Positions 40,018 to 49,917 of a stretch of 64,000 nt of DNA are shown here, in pieces. This DNA comes from Fimbriimonadia bacterium (GTDB lineage Bacteria; Armatimonadota; Fimbriimonadia; Fimbriimonadales; JABRVX01), in NCBI GenBank assembly GCA_041483895.1, contig JBGPGO010000008.1, forward strand, positions 64,001 through 128,000, written 5' to 3'. A program made the position numbers and the translations under genes. The first letter of the stretch is position 1, and every line of letters begins with the position of its first letter. The notes under the pieces were generated by a model. The model ran no database searches. It saw only the letters and a program-made list of their open reading frames with translations, and had not been told where the DNA came from.

Positions 40018-41041
40018 CCTCCTTGGAGCGGCGGAGCAGTTGGGCCGACTCGTCTTCGGGTTCTGCGGCGCGCAATAGCGTCGCTTGCTCTGATTGCCGC
40101 GCGGCCCGTCCGCGAACAGTCGCCAAAACGTCCGCAGCCCGCGCCCTCAATTCTTCAGGTCCAGACCGCGCGACCCGCTCCAATGAGCGGAGACAATCTT
40201 TTCCGCCCACCGCTGCCAAGGCCTCGAGTGCTCCTGATACGATGCTGGGATCTGAATCATCGATCAATTCGGTAAGCGCCTTCATGTCATGCTCCGACAA
40301 TTGGTCCGATTTGGTTGCGTCGACTTTCGGAAGCATCTTCAGAAGGGCGCTCCGGGCTTCTCTACGGAACCTCCTTTCCCGGTGGAGTCCTGCCATCGCC
40401 CCGACGAGGGCAGCGTCATTTGCACCGTCCAACAACTTGGCAATCTGCTTCCTTCTGGATCGAAACGCCGTGATACCGAGAATGTTCAGAATTATCCAGA
40501 TGCCATAGGAGCCTGGATTAGAGAACGTCGTCCAATCGTGATGCCAGAACCAGCCGACAAGCGACATGACGACGAATAGGCCAATCAATACCAATGGAAC
40601 AAAAACCAATCTCCCGCGGCTTATTGATTGCATCGCGCAGAGATCACGTGCGACGCTACGATATGCTTCTGCACTGCCGATGGCCCTAGCCACCTCGACT
40701 TTGCATTCGTAGAGATTATTGCCGGCGTCGATCATAGTTAGCAGATGTTCGCTTTCGGGAACATGACTTTTGAGGAGTGCGAGCTCAGCCTGCTTCACGG
40801 ATTGAACACCAGAGCTCATACGTACGAGGAAACTGCCTAGCGCCTTCAACGCTCCCCGATTGTTCAACGGCGGCGTTTCGATGATCAGGCTGCAGTCGGG
40901 ACATTCGAACATCGGCAAACCGGCTGGACGATTTTCCGCGGCGAGGTCCGATGACGCGTTGCAATTCGGGCAGATAGTCGGTTTTCCCACACATCCATTG
41001 TAACCGGTATTCCGGTAGTCGTACGCTCTAGTTTGCGCCAC
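39950..41041 (-). CDS. Membrane protein with N-terminal Zn ribbon and C-terminal HEAT-like repeats
   Basis: CPNC...CPDC; two TM segments; ALEALAAVGG HEAT-like motif. Confidence 0.6.
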   Translation of the reverse strand: MAQTRAYDYRNTGYNGCVGKPTICPNCNASSDLAAENRPAGLPMFECPDCSLIIETPPLNNRGALKALGSFLVRMSSGVQSVKQAELALLKSHVPESEHLLTMIDAGNNLYECKVEVARAIGSAEAYRSVARDLCAMQSISRGRLVFVPLVLIGLFVVMSLVGWFWHHDWTTFSNPGSYGIWIILNILGITAFRSRRKQIAKLLDGANDAALVGAMAGLHRERRFRREARSALLKMLPKVDATKSDQLSEHDMKALTELIDDSDPSIVSGALEALAAVGGKDCLRSLERVARSGPEELRARAADVLATVRGRAARQSEQATLLRAAEPEDESAQLLRRSKEVDVPPNQLLRSKPQTDESNGRA

Positions 41042-41168
41042 CTTACGTTTCTGTTGCTACGGAGTGCTGTCCTTGAGAAACTAACGCAAGCTAAAGCGTG
41101 CGACTACCACGATTAGACTGCCGGAGCCGGAAGCTCGTAGATGCCAATCCGCCATAATAGGTATGAAC

Positions 41169-41197
41169 TTGACTTTCCGGCCTCCGGTTGGTACAAT
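41169..41197 (+). promoter_or_regulatory. Sigma70-type promoter upstream of rpsU
   Basis: TTGACT-17 nt-TACAAT with TG extension. Confidence 0.75.
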
Positions 41198-41329
41198 AAA
41201 CCTGCCGTGCGGCTGCCCGGAGGGTATTTTGCGTGTTGAGGTCAAGGTCGGTCGAATTCCGAAGATATTGGTGGCAGTGGACCTCAACACATCAGAACCT
41301 ACCGGGCGCGATAGGAGGAGTTTCGGAGT

Positions 41330-41497
41330 TTGATACATGTAAGCGTACAACAAAACGAATCGATCGATGCCGCCATTCGGCGCTTCAATCAGAAGCTGCA
41401 GCAAAGCGGCATTCTGAAAGAGCTCAAGGAACATGCTCACTATGAAAAGCCGAGCGAAAAGAAACGCAGGCTGCGAAGGCGTCGAGGCCGACGCTAG
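41330..41497 (+). CDS. rpsU: 30S ribosomal protein S21 (absent from ORF track)
   Basis: Manual translation from TTG 41330: MIHVSVQQNESIDAAIRRFNQKLQQSGILKELKEHAHYEKPSEKKRR...; AGGAGG RBS. Confidence 0.93.
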   Translation: MIHVSVQQNESIDAAIRRFNQKLQQSGILKELKEHAHYEKPSEKKRRLRRRRGRR

Positions 41498-41537
41498 CGC
41501 CCCCCTCCCCCAGGCCGTTCGCGGCTAATCCCTGATT

Positions 41538-43052
41538 ATGCGAGCCTCCAAGCGATCGCTGTCTTCATTTGTTGGTAACCGCCCTCGCAAGAGCGCGAAG
41601 GACTACCTGCGTTCACTTACCACCGGTATCGCCGCCTGGGTCATCATCGCGGCCTGCCTCCTGCTGCCGTTCGCGGCCAGCTTGGACCTGGGCCGATGGA
41701 TTGCGACGTTGGTCTTTTCCGCCGTCTCCGTCGCCGCCATGACCGCGCATCTCTCGTCCCGCGGCCTCAACACAGACGACCGGACGAAGTTTCTCCGCAT
41801 GATTTTCCTCGTCGCAGTTCTGTGCCTGTGGGGCCTGCAGCTTGCCAAGTATGCCCTCGGCGCACGCCTCAGCGACCCCGGCGTGGCATTGCTAGGCGTC
41901 TCGCCCATCGTTGCCGCCGGTCTGCTGCTTGGGGCGCTTTCCACCCCCGGCACAGCGGTCGTCGCGCTGGCTTTTCTCACGACGTGTTCCATCGCCGCCG
42001 GCATCTCCAACCCAATGGACCTCAGCGCGGCCTGGCTTAGCGGGTCTGTGGGCGCGTACGCGGTGAATCCGCTCAAGCGTCGTTCCGACCTTCTGCGCTC
42101 CGGCGGTCTGGTTACCGCGGCCTTTGCGCTTCTCGGTCTTTGCGCCAGCCTTGCCACAGCGCCAATCCAGGTGGAATCGCTTCGGGCCGCCGTCTGGAGC
42201 GGCATCGGCGGCGTCTGCGCGATGGCGTTGTTCTGGCTTTCCGTCCCGGTTTTCGAGCGGCTGTTCGACCTAGTGTCCGACTGGGGCCTCATGGAGCTTT
42301 GCTCGCCGGAACAGGAGCTTCTGCACGAATTGACACTCCATGCGCCGGGGACCTGGGCGCACAGCGTGATGGTGGGCAACCTCGCCGAGGCCGCCGCCAA
42401 GACGATTGGGGCCAACGCTCTGCTCGCCCGCGCCTGCGCCTATTATCATGACGTCGGCAAAATGCGGCGACCGGAATTCTTTATCGAGAACCAGGTGGGG
42501 ATCAACGTCCACGATACGATCACGCCGAACCTATCGGCTAAGGTGATCGCGGCCCATGTCAAAGACGGCCTGGAGCTTGCCACTCAATACCGGCTGCCGC
42601 AAGCCATCCGCGACGCAATCGGCCAGCACCACGGCACCTCGCTGATTAGCTACTTTTACCACCAGGCCACTGTAGGAATGGAGCAGGAAGACCCCATCCT
42701 GAAGCAGCATTTCCGATACGAAGGACCGCTGCCCCAGCGTAAAGAGATCGGGATACTGATGCTGGCGGACGTTGTCGAGGCGGCCACGAAATCTACTGAA
42801 AAGATGTCGCCGGCCCGTCTGGAGAACCTGGTCGCGAACCTAGTGCGAGAAAGAGTCGAGGATGGCCAGCTCGATGCATGCGAATTAACTTTTCGAGACG
42901 TAAACAAGATTGTAACATCGTTCGTCCAAACATTAACCGCGGTGCGGCATCAGAGAATTGAGTACAGCGCCGCCGAGGAGACGTGTGAAGATAAGCCGAG
43001 TGACGCTGACGAATCGGTCACGCTGCCGCCTACGATCGCAAGCGGTTCGTAA
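41538..43052 (+). CDS. 7TM-HD (HDIG) phosphohydrolase, PgpH/YqfF-like
   Basis: Multiple TM helices; APGTWAHS, YYHDVGK, QHHGT, MLADVVEAA; conserved position next to ybeY. Confidence 0.88.
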   Translation: MRASKRSLSSFVGNRPRKSAKDYLRSLTTGIAAWVIIAACLLLPFAASLDLGRWIATLVFSAVSVAAMTAHLSSRGLNTDDRTKFLRMIFLVAVLCLWGLQLAKYALGARLSDPGVALLGVSPIVAAGLLLGALSTPGTAVVALAFLTTCSIAAGISNPMDLSAAWLSGSVGAYAVNPLKRRSDLLRSGGLVTAAFALLGLCASLATAPIQVESLRAAVWSGIGGVCAMALFWLSVPVFERLFDLVSDWGLMELCSPEQELLHELTLHAPGTWAHSVMVGNLAEAAAKTIGANALLARACAYYHDVGKMRRPEFFIENQVGINVHDTITPNLSAKVIAAHVKDGLELATQYRLPQAIRDAIGQHHGTSLISYFYHQATVGMEQEDPILKQHFRYEGPLPQRKEIGILMLADVVEAATKSTEKMSPARLENLVANLVRERVEDGQLDACELTFRDVNKIVTSFVQTLTAVRHQRIEYSAAEETCEDKPSDADESVTLPPTIASGS

Positions 43053-43431
43053 CGCTGTGAAGACTCTGTTGGACAGGCAACACGGGGGAAAGCCGGAAGT
43101 AAGCATCCTGCTGTGCGACGACGAGGAGATTCATGAGCTCAACCGATCGTTCAGAAACATGGACCGTCCCACGGATGTGCTTTCGTTCGGATTGGATGAA
43201 CCCTCTCCGGACGGCCATCAGCTTTTGGGCGACGTTGTGGTCTCGCTGGAGACGGCAAAGCGGCAGGCGGTACAGCACGGCCATGATTTGGAGACGGAGA
43301 CGGTGCTGCTGGCTCTTCACGGGACCCTGCATCTTCTCGGCCACGAGGACGGCACCGATGCGGAGCTTGCCGTCATGATCGACCAAGCGGAGCGGCATGC
43401 TCGCGATCTGGGGTATCTAGGTGGGGCATGA
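42985..43431 (+). CDS. ybeY: rRNA maturation endoribonuclease YbeY
   Basis: PTDVLSF, LGDVVVS, HGTLHLLGHED; GTG 42985 with GAGGAG. Confidence 0.92.
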   Translation: MKISRVTLTNRSRCRLRSQAVRNAVKTLLDRQHGGKPEVSILLCDDEEIHELNRSFRNMDRPTDVLSFGLDEPSPDGHQLLGDVVVSLETAKRQAVQHGHDLETETVLLALHGTLHLLGHEDGTDAELAVMIDQAERHARDLGYLGGA

Positions 43432-44147
43432 TTAGCCGCCGGCACAACCCCTTCAGCGCGTTTCGAGTCGCAATCCAAGGCGTGGTTTACACGTTCCGGA
43501 CTCAGCGCCACATGCGGTTCCACTTCTACACAGTCATCACCGTTTTGGTGCTGGGGCTGTTTTGGAACCTGCCGTATCGGGAAATCCTCATTCTTTTGTT
43601 CACGATTTCCATGGTGTTGGTTGCCGAGATGTTCAATTCCGCCATTGAGGCGGTCGTCGATCTGGTTCAGCCGACATACCATCCGATGGCGAAGTTTGCG
43701 AAAGACATCGCGGCGGGCGCGGTCCTGATCACGACGGTGAACGCCATCGTGGTCGGCGGCCTTCTTTTCATTGGGGATACGCGGCTGGTGGATGTCGCCA
43801 CGCTGCTGCGGCCCAACGAAATTGCCCAGCCGGTGGTGCTCAAGACACTTGTCGGAATCTTCTTGGTATTTGTTCTTGTGGTGGTTGGGAAGGCGCTCGG
43901 AAAGCGAGGGTCCCTGTGGCATGGGGGACTGGTGAGCGGTCATTCGGCGCTGGGGTTCTTTCTCGCCATCGCAGTCGTTTTTCTTGCGCAGGGAAACATC
44001 CTGGTCCAGTTATTGGCCGTGATGCTGGGAACGCTGGTGGCGCAAAGCCGGTGGGAGGCCGGCATACATTCGCTCTTTGAAGTAGGACTCGGAGCGACCG
44101 TCGGCAGCATGTTGGCAGCTATCATTTACGGCCTGACCAGGCACTAA
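43428..44147 (+). CDS. dgkA: Diacylglycerol/undecaprenol kinase fused to PAP2-like domain
   Basis: AEMFNSAIEAVVD, AKDIAAGAV; SGHS and QSRWEAGIH. Confidence 0.85.
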   Translation: MISRRHNPFSAFRVAIQGVVYTFRTQRHMRFHFYTVITVLVLGLFWNLPYREILILLFTISMVLVAEMFNSAIEAVVDLVQPTYHPMAKFAKDIAAGAVLITTVNAIVVGGLLFIGDTRLVDVATLLRPNEIAQPVVLKTLVGIFLVFVLVVVGKALGKRGSLWHGGLVSGHSALGFFLAIAVVFLAQGNILVQLLAVMLGTLVAQSRWEAGIHSLFEVGLGATVGSMLAAIIYGLTRH

Positions 44148-44156
44148 CAACAAACT

Positions 44157-45668
44157 ATGAACGAGACAACCAATGGGGACAAACCCACTTCGAATAACGG
44201 AGATCAACCTCCTTTATACCGCCTTGTCCAGGCAGCGGCGATACCGCTTCTTCTGCTCGGCCTGTTTGCCGCGCTGCGGTCGCAATGGATCCAGGAGATA
44301 ACCGGGTTCACAATAGATTCCGACGAGAGTATCCGGGCGCAGTTCTGGCTCGCCTTAGCGTTCCTTGGCATCGCGCTATGGCTGCGATATCTGCTTGAGT
44401 CGGGCGAAACCGCGGTGGCATTTATCAGCCAGACCCGCGCCTCCTCTCTCATCGAGAAGAAGCTGAAGGGCGCCCGAGGTCTCAAGCGGCTGTTGGACGA
44501 CCGGGATCAGTCTTTCCGCACCATCCGAACCGCTTCGCATCTCGTGCTCGCCACCAGCATCGCGGTTTCCATGCTGTTCATCGGCCGCGGTGTCCAGACG
44601 CTCTTGGCGCGTTGGTTCCCCGATACCAATGAACGGAATTTGGCGGGCGTCGCCTATGTGCTCGCGTTCCTGTTCGCTGGATGTCTCATGTTGATCGTCG
44701 GGGAAATGCTCGCCCGAAGCGTGGCGAGCGCCGATCCGGAGAAATGCGCGCTCAAACGATCCTGGTTCCTCCTCCTCGTGCGAAATCTTCTTTCCTGGCC
44801 GGTCGGCATCGTGGGCAAGATCGCGTCATGGGTCTCGCTGCTGTTCCGCGTCAAGCCCTATACGTCCGTGCCGACAATTACTGAGGACCAACTTCGCACT
44901 CTGCTCGAAACAAGCGAAACCCAAGGCCAGTTGGAAGAGGAAGAGCGCGAAATGATCCATTCCGTGTTCGACTTCGGCGACGCTATCGTGCGCGAAGTGA
45001 TGACCCCGCGAACGGATATGGATACGGTCAGCATCGATGCGGGTATTGAGAAAGTCGCGGACCTGGTGACGGCGACAGGGCACAGCCGCATACCGATTTA
45101 CAAAGATACGGTGGATCAGATTGTCGGGGTTGTGCACGCGAAGGATCTGCTGCAGTGCATGAACGGGCACGAGAAGAAGACAATCGAAGAGATCATGCGC
45201 CCTGTCTATGTGATTCCGGAGAACAAGAAGCTGGCAGAGCTGCTCTCAGAATTCCGGTCGGGCCGGAACCAGATGGCGATTGTCCAGGATGAATATGGGG
45301 GCACGTCGGGACTGGTGACGATTGAAGACGTAGTCGAAGAGATCGTTGGCGAGATCGTCGACGAGTATGACGAAGAGCAGCCGATGTGGTCGATCACGGA
45401 TGATGGGGCCTTTGTTTTCGACGGAAAGATGAATCTGGACGATGTGAACGATCTGCTTGGTTCGGACCTTGATTCCGAAGAGTTCGATACGATTGGCGGA
45501 TATGTATTCGGGTTGATCGGTCACCAGCCCTCTCCCGGTGAAGTGGTGGAGGCGGAAGGATGGCAATTCCACGTGGATGAGACGGACGGCCGCCGGGTGC
45601 AGAAGGTATGCGTGCGCAGAATTCCGGAACAGGAAGAGTCGGCAACGGGGCAGGAACAAGAGGCCTAA
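44157..45668 (+). CDS. CNNM/hemolysin-family CBS + CorC domain protein
   Basis: VREVMTPR, HSRIPIY, DEYGGTSGLVTIEDVVEEIVGEIVDEYD. Confidence 0.9.
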   Translation: MNETTNGDKPTSNNGDQPPLYRLVQAAAIPLLLLGLFAALRSQWIQEITGFTIDSDESIRAQFWLALAFLGIALWLRYLLESGETAVAFISQTRASSLIEKKLKGARGLKRLLDDRDQSFRTIRTASHLVLATSIAVSMLFIGRGVQTLLARWFPDTNERNLAGVAYVLAFLFAGCLMLIVGEMLARSVASADPEKCALKRSWFLLLVRNLLSWPVGIVGKIASWVSLLFRVKPYTSVPTITEDQLRTLLETSETQGQLEEEEREMIHSVFDFGDAIVREVMTPRTDMDTVSIDAGIEKVADLVTATGHSRIPIYKDTVDQIVGVVHAKDLLQCMNGHEKKTIEEIMRPVYVIPENKKLAELLSEFRSGRNQMAIVQDEYGGTSGLVTIEDVVEEIVGEIVDEYDEEQPMWSITDDGAFVFDGKMNLDDVNDLLGSDLDSEEFDTIGGYVFGLIGHQPSPGEVVEAEGWQFHVDETDGRRVQKVCVRRIPEQEESATGQEQEA

Positions 45669-47029
45669 GCGCCGCGGTGAGGGGCACGTCCCCGACGGTG
45701 GCGGATCAAGAAGATTCCGGCGATCATCATGAAACCGGTCGACGGCTCAGCAACTGGCGTGGAAAGGATGTATGCGAAGGTGTGGTCTGGGTGTACGATC
45801 TGCCATAAAACCTGGCCGTTCGGCCCGATCGCCTCACCGCCACTGGAGTCGTACGCCTGCCCTTGCAGGTAATCCTGAGTCAGATTGAATCCATTGACGA
45901 ATGTGTCCACTTTGTGATTGGTGAGCACTCCGCTCCCAGACCAGAGGGCGTCTCCAAAATCGTCGATGCCATAGCAATACAGCCGGTCCGTAAGCGGCAT
46001 GCGGTCGCCGAGCAATGGGCTTGATATATCCGTCTGGTTCTTGGCGATGATTCGGATATTGCTGTTAGTGGCATCGTCACCGAGCCAGACAATGTCGCCG
46101 GATTCGGACAGATAGTTGTAACTTTGCGTCGCCTCATACTGGTCCAGATAGCCATCAATGTAAGAAAGATCTTTTCCATCCACCTGAAGAAACGCGACTC
46201 CACGCGTCAGAGCCAGCCACGCTATGTGGCCGGAGTTTGTGATCTCGACCGGCAGCGCGGCAGGCCTATCAGTGTACTGGCTTCTTGCATAGACCTGATC
46301 GTTGAGAAACACGACGGATTCGCCATTCGTGTTGGCGCCGGCTCCGCCCCAGAGTAAGTCGTTGTTATCATTTAGGCTCAATAGATTCGCGGCATAGCGA
46401 TTATTGCCAAGGATGTTGGCGGAGTAATTGACGCCGTTGTGAAAGACATCAAACACGCTGTTCCCGGTGAGGCCGGACAGTGCTTGGAACGCCGTGTCTC
46501 CATACTTGTTGACGGTAGCCTGCGCGGAAGAGTTGGACAGTTCCATGCCAACGTAGATCTCTTGCCCTCCCAGAAACAGGCGGCTGTATTGCCCCGGAAA
46601 GCTGGCACCCCAGAAAGGCCGTCCCTGGCCATCGATTCCGATTACGTTTGCATCGTCTGGCGGCAATCCCGGCGGAAAAATGTCGGCGTAGTAGTCGTGT
46701 CCATCGACCATGGCGTGGAGAGACTTGGAATCCAGTCCTATCCATCCAACCTGGCCATTATCATTGATCCTGCGAGTAAATCCTTGGCTCGTGCCCGGAA
46801 AATAGGTTTGGGTCAAGTTTGTCTTGTACCGAAACGCCTGTGGCAGCTCATTCGATGCGCCGGGCACGTGCGTGTACGCGGTGTATATTGGAATTCCATC
46901 CTTGTTCACCGCGAAGTAGCCGGTGCCCCGGTGCAGCCCGTCGATCAGAATCTCATGTTTCCATTTGCTTTGTCCCGCCGCGGTCACGGCCGCAAGGAAA
47001 GCGCAGATCAGGATCGATATCGATTTCAT
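45665..47029 (-). CDS. Secreted repeat protein with PEP-CTERM-like C-terminus
   Basis: Signal peptide; INDNGQV-like repeats; TPVAEPST + hydrophobic segment + RHRR. Confidence 0.7.
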   Translation of the reverse strand: MKSISILICAFLAAVTAAGQSKWKHEILIDGLHRGTGYFAVNKDGIPIYTAYTHVPGASNELPQAFRYKTNLTQTYFPGTSQGFTRRINDNGQVGWIGLDSKSLHAMVDGHDYYADIFPPGLPPDDANVIGIDGQGRPFWGASFPGQYSRLFLGGQEIYVGMELSNSSAQATVNKYGDTAFQALSGLTGNSVFDVFHNGVNYSANILGNNRYAANLLSLNDNNDLLWGGAGANTNGESVVFLNDQVYARSQYTDRPAALPVEITNSGHIAWLALTRGVAFLQVDGKDLSYIDGYLDQYEATQSYNYLSESGDIVWLGDDATNSNIRIIAKNQTDISSPLLGDRMPLTDRLYCYGIDDFGDALWSGSGVLTNHKVDTFVNGFNLTQDYLQGQAYDSSGGEAIGPNGQVLWQIVHPDHTFAYILSTPVAEPSTGFMMIAGIFLIRHRRGRAPHRGA

Positions 47030-47049
47030 GACTCATGACTCCCAGGGGC

Positions 47050-47074
47050 TCCCCCGCGCTCGGGCGCGGGGGAG
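47050..47074. terminator. GC-rich hairpin between two co-oriented genes
   Basis: TCCCCCGCGC-TCGG-GCGCGGGGGA; no clear U-tract. Confidence 0.35.
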
Positions 47075-47089
47075 AGTGCGTTACATCAA

Positions 47090-48592
47090 TTACGGTTGAA
47101 TAAAGTTCGGGCCCCAATAAGCCGCGACCTTACCGTTGCCAAGCGTGAGCACAACGGCTCCTTCCAGGTCTATCGCAAGGTCCTGAGTTGGGATGGAGCT
47201 TGCGGGGTGAATGGGAAACGGATAGCGCATCGCTGATTGGGCTGACCCGCCAAAAACCGAAGGATTTTGGCAATATATGTAGCCGGTGTCGGTGGCCCAA
47301 TAGAGACAGTTGTTGCTATCGGCGTTGGTGAACATCGCTGTCGATGACAAGTTATCCGAGGTGGTATTCATCTTCTTTCCGAACGCGCCGCTGCCGGAGC
47401 TTCCCTGATCGTCCGCCTTAACCGGGGTCGGCTTGCCCGTCCCAGTTCCCGCGGTCTGCGCCAAGAAGAAGGCGTTCGTGTCTCCGCTCGGGACCTCGAT
47501 GCATGGATTTGCGTCGATTCGTCCCACGGTGCGCTGTGTTCCATTGTCACTGGCTGTTGTCATCGGACTGCTCCAAGCCGCGGTTCCCTTGTCGCCGCCA
47601 ATGTCGTCGTCGCCCCGGATAGAATATACATATCCCTGGTTGCTCGAGTCGAATGTGGCGATGTAAACTCGAATGTTTGGAGCGTTGTCGTTACCAACGA
47701 TCGGCCAGGTATTGCAGGTTTCGCTGTTGGAGTCGGGGGCAAATGTCCACTGAAGTACGGCGTGGTCGCCGTAGTCAAAGATGCACTGCGCGTGGCCGTC
47801 GCTGTTGGCGAGCACGATATTCCAAAACGGCGACAGAAGCTCCTCCGGCGGTGACCCGACAGACGGGATGCGGAAAATTGTCGACATCGGCCGAACAATC
47901 GGGAAGCCGGTGCTGTAACTCCACTCCTCAGAAGCGTCAGAGCCGGAAGAGTATCCGGATGGGTTGAATGCGTAGACCCTGCCATTCGACGACGGCACAT
48001 ACACTCGGTTCCCGTCGTGATTCGGCTGGGTGTCGGGGTACCAGAACGGAAGGTAGAGCGGAGCGCTTAGAGTGTCCCCGCTGGAACCAAGTTGCGCCGA
48101 TCTCCATACCTTTGAACCATCGGATGCGTCGAGGCAGTAGAGACGCCTATCCGTATCGATGATGAACACCGCCTTCGTGCCGTTGGAATAACCGAGGACC
48201 GGCGATCCGATCGGTGTCCCGGCCAAGGTATAAGACCCTTGATAGTCCTTTGATACGGAGAAGGCATACGTCCCCGAGTTGTAACTGACTTGCAGACGAT
48301 AGAGCTTCTTGTCGTTCCCAAAGTAGTAGACCTTGTATTCGAACGCATTGGGATCGCTGGGTTCACCTAGTGCCACCCCATTGATCGGAGTTCCATCGCC
48401 GCCGCCAGGCGTGTAGGACCACTTCGCGGCGCCGGCCGTGTAAGGTGGCCTTACGTCCTTTCCATCGATCGTCTTATGGCCGCTTCGATGGGTGTCAAGC
48501 CCACCCATCGGCCACTGCCCGTAGGTCTGGGCAAAAACAGAGGAGATCAACCCCCCCATAATTGCAATCATAATTACACTTATTCTTAACAT
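47090..48592 (-). CDS. Secreted PQQ-like beta-propeller protein
   Basis: WPMGGLDTHRSG; LYCLDASDGSKVW repeats; ATG 48592 preceded by GAAGG. Confidence 0.75.
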   Translation of the reverse strand: MLRISVIMIAIMGGLISSVFAQTYGQWPMGGLDTHRSGHKTIDGKDVRPPYTAGAAKWSYTPGGGDGTPINGVALGEPSDPNAFEYKVYYFGNDKKLYRLQVSYNSGTYAFSVSKDYQGSYTLAGTPIGSPVLGYSNGTKAVFIIDTDRRLYCLDASDGSKVWRSAQLGSSGDTLSAPLYLPFWYPDTQPNHDGNRVYVPSSNGRVYAFNPSGYSSGSDASEEWSYSTGFPIVRPMSTIFRIPSVGSPPEELLSPFWNIVLANSDGHAQCIFDYGDHAVLQWTFAPDSNSETCNTWPIVGNDNAPNIRVYIATFDSSNQGYVYSIRGDDDIGGDKGTAAWSSPMTTASDNGTQRTVGRIDANPCIEVPSGDTNAFFLAQTAGTGTGKPTPVKADDQGSSGSGAFGKKMNTTSDNLSSTAMFTNADSNNCLYWATDTGYIYCQNPSVFGGSAQSAMRYPFPIHPASSIPTQDLAIDLEGAVVLTLGNGKVAAYWGPNFIQP

Positions 48593-48782
48593 TGTCCAAC
48601 CTTCTTTCCTAGAAGGCGGCTTCTCCATGATACTCCGACTTCCGTAATTCCGCAACTTTTGGAGTATCACGGATGAAGTCGTCGAATTATCCTGAAGAGT
48701 ACCGGACGGGCAATCCCCTGTCTGCCCGTAATTTCAATGACATTGGTTCACATGGCAGCGCGATTCGATCTGCAGGAAACGA

Positions 48783-49115
48783 CTAGGGGAGGTGAAGAAA
48801 TCGGCTGCCCATCGTGAGGAGCGATTCCGTTGTGAGCGACACGAGTTGCTCGGGCCAATCCGGATGCCGGACATGGAGCATTTCGTGCACGATGTCCTCA
48901 ATGGTCAGCGCCCTCGTATGGTAGATGCACGGTCTTGGTCCCAGCGTCACTCCCACCAAGGAGGCGCCGGGCCTGCCGTCCTCGCCGGTAACCTGCCAGC
49001 GACTGATGGCTTGCAGGTTTACGGGCACGGCGATCCCAAAATCTTCACGCAACCGACGGACAGCCATGCTTGCTTCGAGTTGAGACAGTCTTGTTCTGGG
49101 GGAATGGCGGGGCAT
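48783..49115 (-). CDS. Small HEXXH-motif protein (minimal zincin-like)
   Basis: IEDIVHEMLHVRHPDW in the C-terminal part of ORF 48783..49517; the upstream part shadows the opposite gene; start uncertain. Confidence 0.55.
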   Translation of the reverse strand: MPRHSPRTRLSQLEASMAVRRLREDFGIAVPVNLQAISRWQVTGEDGRPGASLVGVTLGPRPCIYHTRALTIEDIVHEMLHVRHPDWPEQLVSLTTESLLTMGSRFLHLP

Positions 49116-49215
49116 CGCTGCCAGTGTTGTTCCGCGTTGCCGCCATATCGGACCCCAGGCGCGTTTACGAGTATAGTAGGCGCGGGCCAAGGGGCCCGCG
49201 TTCGATGAGGAGCCT

Positions 49216-49884
49216 GTGCCTTTGCCCAACCACGAAATCCAATTGGGAATCTCCCTCACCGCGGCATTCGTCCTGGGCGCTTTGCATGTATTGGAGCCTG
49301 CCCATGGACGAAGCATTGTTTCGGCGCTGGCAGTGGGAGCAACGTCGAGCAGAAGGTCGATTTTGGCGTACGGTACGGTGGTGACGATCTCCCATACCAT
49401 CATGACGCTCGCCATCGCCGTCGTCGTCGCTCTCGCCGGCAATGCGATTGCGGCCGGTTCGGCTGCCTGGGTAGTACGCATCCTGGCAAGTCTGCTGACG
49501 ATTGCAATTGCCATCAAGATGTTTCGTCATGCGGCGGAGCAGGAAAAGTGCGGCTGCACCCTTCACCATGAACCGAAGCCGACTACCAATCCGATTGCCC
49601 TCGGCATTGCCGGCGGGCTGATTCCCTGTTTCGGCAGCCTCTCGCTTGTCACCGCATCCGTAGGCGCAGGCCAATTCTTCGCGGCAGTACCTCTCGTCCT
49701 GGCATTTGCCTTAGGCCTTGGAGTTACGCTCATCGCGACGGCAATGCTTACTCGGGAAGTGGGCAGGCGGCTGTTGACTGGGTTCCGGTATAGCGGCTAC
49801 CTGGCGGCTTGGCTCATTGGCATCGCCGGGGTGGCCGGCCTCCTGTGGACAGTATGGGGAATCGTGGCCGGCAGCACCGAGTAG
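49216..49884 (+). CDS. RcnA/NicO-family nickel/cobalt transporter
   Basis: LGALHVLEPAHG, TISHT, GGLIPC; GAGGAG RBS. Confidence 0.85.
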   Translation: MPLPNHEIQLGISLTAAFVLGALHVLEPAHGRSIVSALAVGATSSRRSILAYGTVVTISHTIMTLAIAVVVALAGNAIAAGSAAWVVRILASLLTIAIAIKMFRHAAEQEKCGCTLHHEPKPTTNPIALGIAGGLIPCFGSLSLVTASVGAGQFFAAVPLVLAFALGLGVTLIATAMLTREVGRRLLTGFRYSGYLAAWLIGIAGVAGLLWTVWGIVAGSTE

Positions 49885-49890
49885 CGGCGA

Positions 49891-49907
49891 TTGGCATGGC
49901 GTGTGCT
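49891..49907 (+). promoter_or_regulatory. Candidate sigma54 (-24/-12) promoter
   Basis: TTGGCATGGCGTGTGCT: GG-N10-GC spacing. Confidence 0.5.
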
Positions 49908-49917
49908 TGATACTGCA

